A stretch of 64,000 bases of DNA from Octopus sinensis (Eukaryota): contig NC_043002.1 of the NCBI RefSeq assembly GCF_006345805.1, positions 101,308,001-101,372,000 of the forward strand. The letters are read 5' to 3'. Below, piece after piece: positions 40,011 to 52,449 of this stretch; the first letter of the stretch is position 1; the number at the start of each line of letters is the position of its first letter. The translations under genes and the position numbers were made by a program. The notes under the pieces are model-generated. The model was not told the origin of the DNA and did no database searches. It saw only the letters and a list, made by a program, of their open reading frames with translations.

Positions 40011-42421
40011 AAAATGGCCGAAAAGCTGCAAATGAACATTGGCTTCATTCCTAAGGGGAGGTAACCAAGCATTTCAAAAGCGATATTAATTATTGTTGCA
40101 CATACTTGAGGTTATCTTTCTAAAAAGACGCAGTCAAGAGCATACGTGTAGGCGGTGTTAGTTCGGTGACAAAGGAAAAGCGAAACCTAACTAGATTTTC
40201 AATTAACCATCATAGCGCGTTGGCTTTCAAAAGGATGAGTTGTTTCGTTTCCTTATAGATTTAAACTCCTCCATTCTCGGAATTATGATGAGCTGGCAAG
40301 ATAGTTAGCGCGTTGAACAAAATGCTTAGTGGTATTTCTTCCAGTTATTTACGTCCCGAATTCAAATCCGCATCGAGATTAACTTTGAATTTCACCCCTA
40401 CAAGTTGATAAAACAAAGTACCAGTCATCTACTGGGGTCGATGTAACCGACTTGTCTCTTCCCGTCAACACGTAATTAGCCTTGGACCCTGGAATGGACA
40501 AGCATCCTCCGTTCAGTGGGAATATTCCGATCTCGGTCGCTTATACGCAATGGAAACCGGGAATTCAACCTGATGAGATCTCGGGATAAAAAGAAAGAGT
40601 GATAACGAAAGATTGAAAGATGAAATTGTGTTTTGATTTCTGTATTGGTGTTTAAAGATTTCTAACGTTATAAAATATAAGAATGTACCAACTTAGAGAA
40701 ATATGAAGTAAATTATTTTTACAGTAGGACTTGAAAGTAGATAAAATTACAAATAATACGGTGGAAGACATTGGGCTAAAAATTACATGTTTATAGAACA
40801 TGTAATTTCATGATTTTATACTCAACTTTCTATGCTATTATTCATAGCTTTAGCTACTTTGAGTTCATGGTATTCAAGTGTTATTAAATAATTTTACAAG
40901 AAATATTTTCTCTTTCGTTTTTGTATCTGGTTTGTAAAATTTTTGATGTGAACTCGTGTGTTCAAACTTGTTTTGTTGTGTCGTATATCGTGAAGGACAT
41001 TACATCGATAATAAACACACTCACCGGTTCTATTTCATTTCTTTATTTATTTGTCATTTGATTAACTACTTAACCAGTTAACTAATCAATAGATCCTATA
41101 AAGAGACAGAGGACTTAAGGCAAACCTGGATTGAGACGGAATGTTATTCCTGAGGTCGCGAATAGCGACGAAAGGACTGACAAACCTGATTTATTGATTA
41201 ACCAAATAATTGATCACAGAATCGATTAGTTAGTTAAACAGCGAGTCGAGTGACAAATGACTAATAAACACAGCAGCATAGAACCAGTGTTCATTTTTAG
41301 TAAAATGACTCTACCGAGATACGAGACATTATCAAAATTGCATAAGTGTGTGTGTGTGTGTGTGTGGCTTCTTTATTTCCTGTGTACGTTTTAGCCTCAT
41401 TAACATAGCATTTTAGTGTTCTTAGTTTTACGCGTTTACTAGTTGTAGTCTCTTTTCTGTGGCCATGCTGTGGCAGTGCTATGGAAAAAGACAATTTATA
41501 TTTGCATTAAATAAACAGTACTAAATGGCCTACTGCTAAAAGTTGAGCATGAGAATTTTCTTGGAAATCTGGTGATTAAATGAGATCAGTGTATAGCCTT
41601 GGGGTTGGAATACGTTGCGATGTTTTTAAACCAAGTTAACGAGCCTAAGGCTAATATTTGGAGTTTGTTCGGGTCAGTTACAATGGCCGACCCGATTACG
41701 ACATTTGCGTGTTATCTTTACTCCGAAGCTAATATTCACTTTTGATGTCTTAAATTCCATCTCATTAAACTTTACGAATAAAACTTTTTTTTTCCTGGTC
41801 AGCCAGCAATAAAGAACAAAAGTAAACATAAAAATTGAACTCTACATCAGACTTTCCGACGAGGAAGAAATTTCAATGGAGTAGAATTGTTGAACAAAAG
41901 CACAACAATGAGAACGTAAGTCTTTGTAGTGGAAACGCTGGCAGAACAACAACCTCTCCCTCAACTAATTCTGTACTGGACGACATTATTTTTGTTTTGT
42001 TATTAGAAGCAAAACCCACATAAAACAAATAATGCGAAAAGAAACGACTGAGAGAGAGAGAGAGAGCGAGAGAGAGCGAGAGAGAGAGGGAGAGAGAGAG
42101 AACAAAAAAACAAATACATCATACGATTAAAATCAAGCGCAACATTTAGTGCGTTTTATTAATTAGGAATTAAAGAGTTTTGTGAAAATTAACTCCATTA
42201 ATTAATGAGAATTAATTGAGATAATAAGAAAAAATTTCATATCTCATTAGGAAGATATGGAGTAGAGCACAGATAACGAGTTACAGGTTTGTGAATATCA
42301 CTGAGTTTACAGTTTCTAGCAATCCAATGTTGTTCCCAACTAAAGGCTTATTGCTTACCATTTCACTGCTGTGACAGAAACCAAATTATGTAAAAGTTAT
42401 TTTATTAATCAATATAAATAA

Positions 42422-42518
<97 letters not shown>

Positions 42519-42581
42519 CCTGTCTGTCTGTCTATCTATCTATCTGTCTGTCTATCAATTTATCTATCTATCTGTCTATCA

Positions 42582-42651
<70 letters not shown>

Positions 42652-42681
42652 GCCTATCTATCTATGCCTATCTATCTATGC

Positions 42682-42757
<76 letters not shown>

Positions 42758-42759
42758 GC

Positions 42760-42803
<44 letters not shown>

Positions 42804-42859
42804 GCCTATCTATCTATCTATCCATCTATCTATCCATCTATCTATCCATCTATCTATCC

Positions 42860-42921
<62 letters not shown>

Positions 42922-42926
42922 AATGC

Positions 42927-42986
<60 letters not shown>

Positions 42987-43040
42987 GCCTATCTATCTAT
43001 CTATGCCTATCTATCTATCCATCTATCTATCCATCCATCC
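42422..43040. repeat. (TATC)n array with tatgcc and tcca variant units
   Basis: Direct inspection. Similar arrays lie at 11960, 22375, 30095 and 61130. Confidence 0.95.
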
Positions 43041-44499
43041 AGTCTACGATTTGAGAACGCATTTCGTCACCTCAGTTGTCGTCCTAAACATCGACCAACG
43101 TGACAACCATCATATTCTCAACTGATCGAATCGAACGTCGATACAAAAGCAACAGCAACTTCTTTTCGCACCGAAGAAGCTCCAGAAGTGATGACCGAAG
43201 AATAACAAGTCATTTATTCATTACCCTCCAGTTAAAAGCATTTCAGTTGTTAGTCTGCTCAAAATTGTTCTACCTCCATACTTCTGTTACATGACTCTGG
43301 CTTCAAAACACTTTTTACGGCTTCGCTGTTAATAACTGTCATACCAGCGAAGCAGCTCACTGTCGTCTGATTTTGTCTTCTACTTAAACAAACTTCTCAT
43401 ATTATGTTAAAATAAAAAAAAACAATTCCTGACCATTGATATTAAAATAAACAAAATTACCGGCTATAATCTGCTTTCTCGACAAACAGTAATTTAAACA
43501 CAAGCATTCAAACATACTCATACACCCATATGCATATATGTCATCAAATATTCTCTAAAACACAAGCTTGTTTTTAATCTGCACTTTGTGCGTTATATTC
43601 TTTTCATTGTGAGTGTAACTTTTAATAATATTTTTTAGTAGGTCCTCTGGATACTACTCTCTCGAGTTCTAGGACTCAGAATGTGTTATGCGGTTTCCAT
43701 AGGTGACCACATGCAGAATAATCTCGATGAACGGGACACCAGGCCCTTACAAGGTTACTCATTTAAAAGTGAATGGATTGCAGCAGCATGTAATGAATTT
43801 TTTTCTTCCAGAACACAACACCAGCTTCGCCAATGGAAGCCATAATTTGCTATCACCAGTGAAATACTTTCTAACCACTAATCTATGCATCTTCACTTAA
43901 TATTTTCATCCCCACTTAGTGCTTTGAGCTCCATATTTATTCAATTTAGAAATCCCTACCATTAGATACTATTAGCGGAGCTACAATAACCAGCTGAGAC
44001 CCATATAATCAACTCTCAATTTTTGTTCCATTCAGATGCGATTATTATCATCTTTGCATTCTGAAGTTGATATTAGCATTTCTAATCTGAAAGTGAAATG
44101 GAGTCTGACCTCACATGACAAACTTTCATATTCATTATCAAAACTTTTAATGTTTGCACTCCGAGGTCAACTTCGCCTCTCATTCTTTCGGGATCGATAT
44201 CTAAAGCAGTTGATTAACGGAAATGGTAGAGCACGGGTCTAGATGTCCTTGCAGTGTCCATTTTAGTTATCTGTATTTCTGCAACAATGCCTGCGATGAC
44301 GCTCGTGTCAAACTGTGTTGGTCTCGTTTATCAATTAGACTTCATCAGTGGAGTCGAGAGAACAGATCTTCATGCATGGACGACGACAGAATGTCTTCCA
44401 TAAAATCTCTTATCCAGGCTTGTGTCTTGGAGGGGAGCTTTCCAGATGCGTAAAGACAGGTTTCTGTATGACATTGCTATTGTTGGAACTTATTCTTCA

Positions 44500-45160
44500 C
44501 TAGATTAAAAGCCACACTCTATGAGGACTTTTAAGGTGTTTTCTATCGGTTGGGGACCTTGTCTATTGCTAGCATTTTCTGGTTACTTGTAGTCCTCAAT
44601 GTGTCCGTGATCTTTTGGCTTATGATGGGGGACCATATCTGTGGTGCTATTTTGTTCTTCCCTTTATTTTTCCCTATTTTGCCATTGAGAATTTTGTGCT
44701 GTTGGTCATGTTTGTTTTATATTCCTACCCAGTATGATTCAATTTCTGATGTTGTTGGCATGTCATTTATTGATATGTGGGTTTTTTTGTTGTTTTTTTA
44801 TTTTTGCTTTGCTTCGTTTGTTGATTTTTGTCTCAGTTTCTGTAAAATATCTTTTACAATTATTTTAAATTCTGCATTTTTTCGCAAGAAGCGTTTGCGT
44901 TTCTCATACCATCGCATGCGGCACTGATTAAATTTTTTTCTTAAACTTTCATGTATCTTCTTTATTTCTTCTGCTGTTTTGATGTTTCATATCGATCTTT
45001 TGAAATTCCATCTTTGATCTCTCTTTCTCGAATTCACAAATTAGAGAGAAGTCTTCTTCTGCTTTTTAGTTTTGTTTATTATATTCACTTTCTATTTTGT
45101 GGTTTAGGATTTGTCTGGGCGGGGGTTTATATTTGTAAGGGTCATGCCCAGATACCCTGG
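44500..45160 (-). mobile_element. R4/Dong-type retrotransposon fragment (pre-RT region)
   Basis: WYEKRKRFLRKNAEF, MPTTSEIESYWVGI and WSPIISQKITDTLRTTSNQKMLAIDKVPN, which resembles TSNWKAPGxDxxPNFW. Confidence 0.6.
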
Positions 45161-45224
45161 ATATCACTATAGCCCTCGCTGAATAGATCAGGTTGTTTAG
45201 CCTTTGATATTGTTATCATATGAA

Positions 45225-46518
45225 TCATAACTTATTTTGCTGGGTATGATGGAAAGTGTCAGCTGTCTACATCCGGCAGACTAAGGTGACACTTGATTAC
45301 TGGTCATGCTTCAAGAACCCTACGCATTCTTGCAGTGCTAAGCAATACTGGTTTTTGTTGGTGTTCTACCTTCACACTTGCAGCAATCCTTTTCCCACCA
45401 TGATGGAACTTGAGCGCTGATACTTCCAAGTGCACCAATTACTATTCGCATCACATCTACTCTCCTCATTGACCACAAACTTTGTATTTTGCACTTATAA
45501 TCGTCATAGTTGTTGGGTTTTTCCTTCTTTCACATTGATCCTGTTGTCAAAGGGGTATCCTATGTCGATTATCGTACATGTTCTTTCTTTTTTATTCACC
45601 ACAACAATGTTCGGTTTCCGGTGTCTGGTCAGGTGATTGTACTAGATCCCCAAAGGATTTTGCAGTTCTCATTTTCGGTTACTGCTTCTGGGGTCTGTTC
45701 ATACCACGTCTTTGATCTTTCTAGGCTGTGATTTCCACAATGAACCCAATGGATCATTCTTGCCACATTATCATGGCGTCGATTGCATTTGCGTTGTGCC
45801 AATTTCGAACATTCGCTAACGATGAGCCAAACTATTTCACCCCTCTCACCACAATTTCTGCAATAGTTTCTATCGGTAGTGATGTCTATTCTGCACTTCA
45901 TGTAGTTGGTCCTTAACGCTTCTTCTTGAGCTGCGCATATGAGTGCTTCTGTCTCTACCTGCAGGTCATTCTTCCTCATTCAAAGCCACCGGCCCTCTAT
46001 ATCTGTCTTGGTGTTCACATCTCTTTCAAACTGACCGTACATTTTCTTTTCCTTCGGTGCTTTTTCTTTTTTTTTCATTTCTTGTATAAAGTTTTCTTTA
46101 GTTATACAATTTTCAGTGTTTATGACGCCGGCCTTCTTCATATGCTTTAACAACGACTCAACGGCATTTATTATATACTACACTAAGCTGTTTTCCTCTG
46201 CTTCAATACAGTCCTGACAACTGATCAAACCTCTCCTACCCTTTCTTCTGGACAAGTACAGCCTATCGGTGTCACTCTTAGGGTGGAAGTCTCAGTGTAC
46301 TGTGAACATTTTTCTGGTCTTGGTATCCATTTACTTCACATCTCTCTTTTGCCATTTTATAATTCCCGCTCCATACCGAAGTGATGCCATCACCCACGTA
46401 TTAACTGCTTGGATTTTATCCCATCCAGACAATTCTGAGCGCAACACCAACCCCAGTCTTCGGAAATACTTCATCCTCAGTTCCCTTTTCATTTCCTTGT
46501 CTAATACCTCGTTGATAT
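45225..46518 (-). mobile_element. R4/Dong-clade retrotransposon 3' part (RT thumb, CCHC knuckle, REL endonuclease, 3' UTR)
   Basis: KYFRRLGLVLRSELSGWDKIQAVNTW..LRYGAGIIKW; ETEALICAAQEEALRTNY..CRNCGERGE..IVSECSKLAQ...RHDNVARMIHW; ENCKILW; KPNIVVVNKKERTCTIIDI; VIGALGS. Confidence 0.9.
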
Positions 46519-46572
<54 letters not shown>

Positions 46573-46601
46573 TAGTAGCAGCAGCAGAGGCAGCAGCAGA
46601 G

Positions 46602-46683
<82 letters not shown>

Positions 46684-47055
46684 CAGCAGCATGTGAAAAC
46701 TCACATCTTATTTTGCTGGGTATGATGGAAAGTGGCAGCTGTCCACTGCCAGCAGACCAAGGTGACGCTTGATTACTGGTCATATTTCATGAACCCTGCG
46801 AAGAATTCTTGCAGTTCTAAGCAATGCTGATTTTTCTAGGTGTTCTACATTCACACGTGTACTTATCTTTTTTTAGCCATGCTGGTAGTTGAGTGCCGAT
46901 ACTTCCAAGTGCGCCAATTGCTAATGATATCGCGTCTCCTCTCCTCATTGACCACAACCTTCGTATTTCCCACTTAAAATCGTCATGGTCGTTTATTTCT
47001 TTCTTCTTCTTTCACATTGATCCTTTTGTGACCGAGGCATGCATTGTCGATTGTT
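46519..47055 (-). mobile_element. Second R4/Dong 3' end (REL C-terminus, UTR) with (TAC/TGC)n tail
   Basis: 46700-47055 is a diverged copy of 45231-45590, followed on the minus strand by the (GTA/GCA)n tract at 46519-46690. Confidence 0.85.
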
Positions 47056-47387
47056 AACCAAAGACAAGTATTAGACAGTCATCATATAGATAAAAAAAAA
47101 AGCGAATAAACCCACCAGGAACGGCGTGAATGTAGTATGCAGCTAAAAGTTATTGCACCATGACCTGAAGGATTTGGTTAAGAACGAACAATGAAGAAGG
47201 TAACTTAGTCGACGTTCGTGAACGAAGGGGAGAAATTCAACAGGCGAAAAAAGAACAAAAAGAGACTTGAAGTGAATAATGGAACCTTATTTCCTGCTTT
47301 AACTGAGGAAAGGCAAATGAGAATATTTAGCTGTTGCTTAGTGGACGAAGCAAGAAAACCTTTTCCCTTTAATATATACTAGAATTC

Positions 47388-47786
47388 AAGGCGGTGAGAT
47401 GGCAGAAACGTTAGTACGGCGGGCGAAATGTTTAGCGGTATTTCGTGTCTTTATGTTCTGAGTTCAAATTATGCCGAGGTCGACTATGCTTTTCATCCTT
47501 TCGGGGTCAATAAATTAAGTACCAGTTACGCACTGGGGGGGGGGGGGGGCGTCGATGTAATCGACTTAATCCGTTTGTCTGTCCTTGTTTGTCCTCTCTG
47601 TGTTTAGTCCCTTGTGGGTAGTAAAGAAATAGGTATTTCGCCCGTCGCTATGTTCTGAGTTCAAATTCATCCGGTCAACTTTGCCTTTCGGGGTTGGTAA
47701 ATTAAATACCAGTGGCGTACTGGGGTCGATCTAATCGTCTGGCCCCTCCCTCAAAATTTCGAGCCTTGTGGCAAGTGTAGAAAAGA
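47388..47786 (+). mobile_element. Family A SINE dimer
   Basis: Junction agtaaagaaata|ggtatttcg at about 47620-47640. Imperfect TSD aatatatactagaattc / aatatatcttagaattc. Confidence 0.85.
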
Positions 47787-47879
47787 ATATATCTTAGAAT
47801 TCCGTTTTGATTTCATTTTATCCTTTTATTTTTACATTTTTTATTGCTTTTCTTTTCTACCTATCTCTATAACTGTATT

Positions 47880-48380
47880 CTTATCGAAACAGGAGCTGTG
47901 GCTAAGGGAAAATGTGGATAGTTTCAGTCCCAGCTTCTCAGTTCACTTAAAATGCTATTTTAATATGTTGAAACTGTGCTTTATAACTACAACGATGTTT
48001 TATCTCTATCCATTATATTATTCCTAGCAAGAATTTCACTTTTGAATATTATTCCGACTGCTCTGTACTTTGCACATTTTCCCGTTCATTTCTCTGTAGG
48101 CTGATTCGTTCTAGTTTCATCTACTTTATCTAAGTATTTGTAGAGATGTGTTTTATCTAATTCACTCAGTGTATCTAATTTAATATTCCTAGTTTGAATT
48201 AATTCACCTATTCATCTTTTCTGCATACTAACGCCGGCGCCTTTCTTTAATCCACAGTTATTTCTATCTTATTTTAAGCCATTTTAATAAGTTCCCCAGC
48301 GAGATATTACCAGTTATAACTACTTTTAAGTCATCCATATTGAGGATATGGTTTATAGTTTCATTTTTTTCCTTGTAGCA
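47880..48380 (-). mobile_element. R4/Dong-type RT fragment, heavily decayed
   Basis: INHILNMDDLK (YMDD motif region), LDKTHLYKYLD and FKSEILARNNI. Confidence 0.55.
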
Positions 48381-48779
48381 TCTAGAGTGAAGGTGTGTGG
48401 CCTCCTGGTTAGGTTGTTGCATTCACCATCACACGAACACGGTTTCGATTCCCGGAAGAGGTATTGTATTCTTGAGGCTGTAATGTCAGGCGATTGATGA
48501 TGTAACATCGATAACAATTGGTGCTTTTATTTTACAACTTAACTGAGTTGGGAAGATGAGTAGAAATATGGTTGTTTTACATTTTGGAATAGTTTGTATA
48601 TTATTTGTATTGAGATCGCTTCATCTATGTAAAATGTCTCCATTCTCTAAAAGTGTTGTATAGGATAAAATATACTCCGATAATGACGCGAGTCATTCGT
48701 TTATATTTTATTGCTGTTATCTTTTTAGCTTTTTAAAGCTTTACATCTTTTTCGATCTTTTTGTCATACGTTATTACTT

Positions 48780-49270
48780 TCCGGGTAAGAGAGCAGAATG
48801 CTTGTTGTTTTACTTGCTGAATTTAGAGCTCACATGTCCCTTGTAGGGCTTCTGAGGCCGGTGAGATTAATGCTGTAAAAAGTTCTCTTACACTGTGGCA
48901 TGTTGACACTTTCAGGAAAGACATGAGTAGGGAAGGGTTTTCGGTGGGTGGCGAGTGGCAGTGAAGACAGAACTGGGAAAAATTGTTTGTCCAGTACCTG
49001 ACGGGATAGACAAGAGAAAACTGATTAGAGGAGACCTAGTTGAGAATAGCTGGCAAGAGGAAACCAGCTCCTGGGGGAAAAGACCATTACAGTAACTATA
49101 GCAAAGAAACTGTAGTCTGGATCATGTTTATGAGTGATTTATAGGAATCGTTTGATTTTAATTTCTCAGGATATGACGGACGGAGTTGTTTGATGCCAGT
49201 CAGTGAAATGATTGTACAGGGTGGATGGGAAAGCTCTGTAAGTTGTTGGCCAGTAAGGTGTCTGGGCATT
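48780..49270 (+). mobile_element. Possible Tx1/L1-like 3' fragment
   Basis: FRKD..GFSVGGEWQ..EKLFVQY resembles a decayed CCHC knuckle region. Weak. Confidence 0.25.
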
Positions 49271-49599
49271 TTGCATTTGTTTTTGTTTTTCTAAATTAAT
49301 GTTTGGTCAGGTGTGGAATATCTTAAGCTTCGTTGAATCATTGTTGTTATCGCTTTTGTTGGTGTTGATATTCTTCATCATTATCATCACCTCCACTGCC
49401 GCTACCATCACCACCACCACCACCACCACCACCACGACAAGCACCAGCACTACCAAAACCAACACCACCAGCACCAACAGCATCACCACCACCACCACCA
49501 CCACCACGACAAGCACCAGCACTACCAAAACCAGCACCACCGGCACCACCGCCACCACCACCGCGTCCGCCACCACCACCACCACCACCACCACCACCT

Positions 49600-49985
49600 C
49601 TTTATATATCTTTATCTTTTAAGTCATTGGACTGCGGCCATGCTGGACTTAGTAAAAAAAAATCAGTCCCATTTCTTACTTTTACGTCTGACAAAGTAGC
49701 TGTCATATTTACCGAAACAATTAGTTACAGGGATGTAGTCAAACCAATACCAGTTGACAAGCGTTCGTGGGAAACAAACTCAAACACTAAGATGCAATAC
49801 ACACACACACATATAAATATACACGACGGCCTTCACTCATTTTCTCGTCAACCACATTTACTCGCAAAGTATTGGTCGCCCCAAGGCTATAACAGAAGAT
49901 ACTTGCTCAAGATGCAGCACACAGTAAGACTGAACATGAAACCACGTTAGTTGTAGCGCGAACTCCTTAACTACATAACCAAACT
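49600..49985 (-). mobile_element. SINE family C (diverged)
   Basis: agtcattggactgcggccatgctgg...acgacggccttc...ccaaggctataacagaagatacttgctcaag. Confidence 0.7.
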
Positions 49986-50741
49986 TGTAATCTTCTAAAT
50001 TAATTTTGCTCATTTTAAGGTTGCCTTGGAACATTTAGCTATTCTGAGTTTCATTCAGTAAAACCTTGCATCATTTGTAGCGGAGTTTCTACTTGTTTAA
50101 TTTCAACCGCATGCACCCTATAATTGAAAGACTCTTTTTACAGAGAACAGTTGTTTCCCCTTAGCATTTATATCCGAATTTAGTCCATTCTGCCAATGTC
50201 TTATTCAGAGAAAATTGTACACAGTTCCGCTTGGTCTATTTTGAAATGAAATGTTCGACACGTTGTTTGGGATTTCGGTTCACACCAGACATTAGGTATT
50301 ATTATGTTTATGATTAGTTCACTATTCTCGTTTTTATCTGCGAAACACAAACGTCTGTGCGTTGGCTCATTGTAGTGGTAAACCCAAAGGCTGTAACTCT
50401 GCGCAGATGTGAAATGAACATGCTCCCGGAAGAGAACACTTGACTCTGGTTGCCAACTTTGCCGGAGGACATACTCCTGATACTCCTGTAACCTAATTCC
50501 TGTCATTTGTAGATCAACTAAAGTACATGTGGTTGTAATGGCCAAATATATATAGAGAGAGCGGTAGATATAGAGAGAAAGAAGAGAGAGAAGTGGAAGT
50601 GAGAGAAAGACACAGCGAGAATGAGGGATAAAAGGAAAGAGAGAAAGTGAAAGAGTAGTGGTGACAGTGCTTGTAGTAGTGGTAGTAGTAGTGATAGTAG
50701 TAGTAGCAGTAGCAACAGCAGCAGCAGCAACATCAACAACG

Positions 50742-50772
<31 letters not shown>

Positions 50773-51619
50773 CAGTAGGTAAATACCATTTTAGCAGGAT
50801 TTGTAATTACAAAAACGCAATGAGGATCATCGTCATCATCACAATCATCATCATCATCATCGCCGTGGTTTTCGTCGTCAGCATCGAGGTCATTGTCACC
50901 ATCCTCATCTTTTTTGCTCATTTTCATCGTCGTCATCTTATTCATTACTGTCGCCGTCCTCCTCTTCTTCATTCGCAAGACCACCACCACCACCACCATC
51001 ACCACCATCACAAATACCACTGAACAAACATCACCACCGCCACCGCCACTGCCACTACAATCACCATGTGCAGTTTCCTGCGCCACATCATCATCGTCAT
51101 CATCATCACAATTTCACAGCAACTCCAACATCAACGACATCAGAAACAACAAGAGCAACAACAACATTGTCAAAAGCAGAAGTCGAAGGAAAAATTAGCA
51201 ACAACAACAACACCAACAATATCGGTGGAAAGCAAAAAGGAGAGTGAACAGCAAGAAGAAGGAGGAGGAGGAGGAGGAGGAGAAGAAGAAGAAGAAGAAG
51301 AAGAAGAAGAAGAAGAAGAAGAAGAAGAAGGAGAAGAAGAAGAAGAAGAAATAGAAGAAGAAGAAGAAGAAGAGGTAGAAGTAGAAGAAGAACAAGAACA
51401 ACAACACGCGCAGAAGTAGCTACTACAGCAGCAGCAACAACAACAATAACAATAATAATGTTAACCAGAATGAAATTGCTAAGGAACACGAGGAGATTTT
51501 TAATTAAAACATCAACCACAAGATTTAATTTGATGATTGGAAAAATAAAGTTGACTTGAAGAGAGAAAACGAGAGAGAGAAAGACGGGGAGAGAAAAAGG
51601 GAGAGAAAGACGAAAGAGG

Positions 51620-51655
<36 letters not shown>

Positions 51656-52025
51656 AACAACTAAAAAAACAACAACAGCAGATACTAGAAGAAACCTGAA
51701 TTGATTTTTATACTTTTGTTGGTTGTTTTTATATGAAAAAATAAATCTGTTTGAAGACGTAACAGCGACACACGTATACACATAGGCACACAAGCACTAA
51801 TACACACACATACATTTACATACACACACACTCCTGCACATACATGTACATACTCACACCATTCTATGTCGCAACACGCATGTACAAACATACATATATG
51901 CATATATATATATATATATACCGGAGTAAACACATAAATGTGAAACAAGGTGGAAAAAAGAGTACTCAAATACCAGTGGTAGAGTAATATGCTTTATTCA
52001 AAGCAACAGAAAATTCAACAAAACC

Positions 52026-52061
52026 TGTTACTCTGAGTTCCACGTTGCCGTTCATCGGACA
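52026..52061 (-). ncRNA. Hammerhead motif with core mutation (GGAAC in place of GAAAC)
   Basis: Reverse strand reads ctgt CCGATGA acg-gcaa-cgt GGAAC tcaga GTA acag. Confidence 0.55.
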
Positions 52062-52085
52062 GTTTTTGCTAGATACTAGCAAAAA

Positions 52086-52123
52086 CTGTCCGATGAACGG
52101 CAACGTGAAACTCAGAGTAACAG
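52086..52123 (+). ncRNA. Minimal type I hammerhead ribozyme motif (U4C)
   Basis: ctgt CCGATGA acg-GCAA-cgt GAAAC tcaga GTA acag. Stem I is 4 bp, stem II is 3 bp with a GNRA loop, stem III is the self-complementary ACUCAGAGU, and the triplet is GUA. Confidence 0.7.
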
Positions 52124-52163
52124 GTTTTGTTGAATTTTCTGCTGCTTTAAATAAAGTATATAT

Positions 52164-52205
<42 letters not shown>

Positions 52206-52398
52206 ATATATATACACTATACAATACAGCACATGTGTACACACATATGCACAATATCATAGTGCATTTACATACATGAATATTATACAATACAGACACG
52301 CACATACGCATATACTATGCTATATCATACAAACATATACATCATACTACATCACACTACCTATACATGCATACACACACGTATTACCATAAACAGCA

Positions 52399-52448
<50 letters not shown>

Positions 52449-52449
<1 letters not shown>

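Larger units (their letters stand above)
51922..52156. repeat. Near-perfect palindrome (51992-52156), probable inverted Penelope-like pLTR
   Basis: 81-bp arms with 3 mismatches around a 3-nt centre (gctag-ata-ctagc). The left arm extends outward to about 51922. Confidence 0.95.

Noticed and set aside
41500-42400. TAAT/ATTA-rich unique stretch as a candidate enhancer
   Set aside because: Such motifs are expected at this AT content, and there is no conservation or chromatin evidence in the sequence alone.
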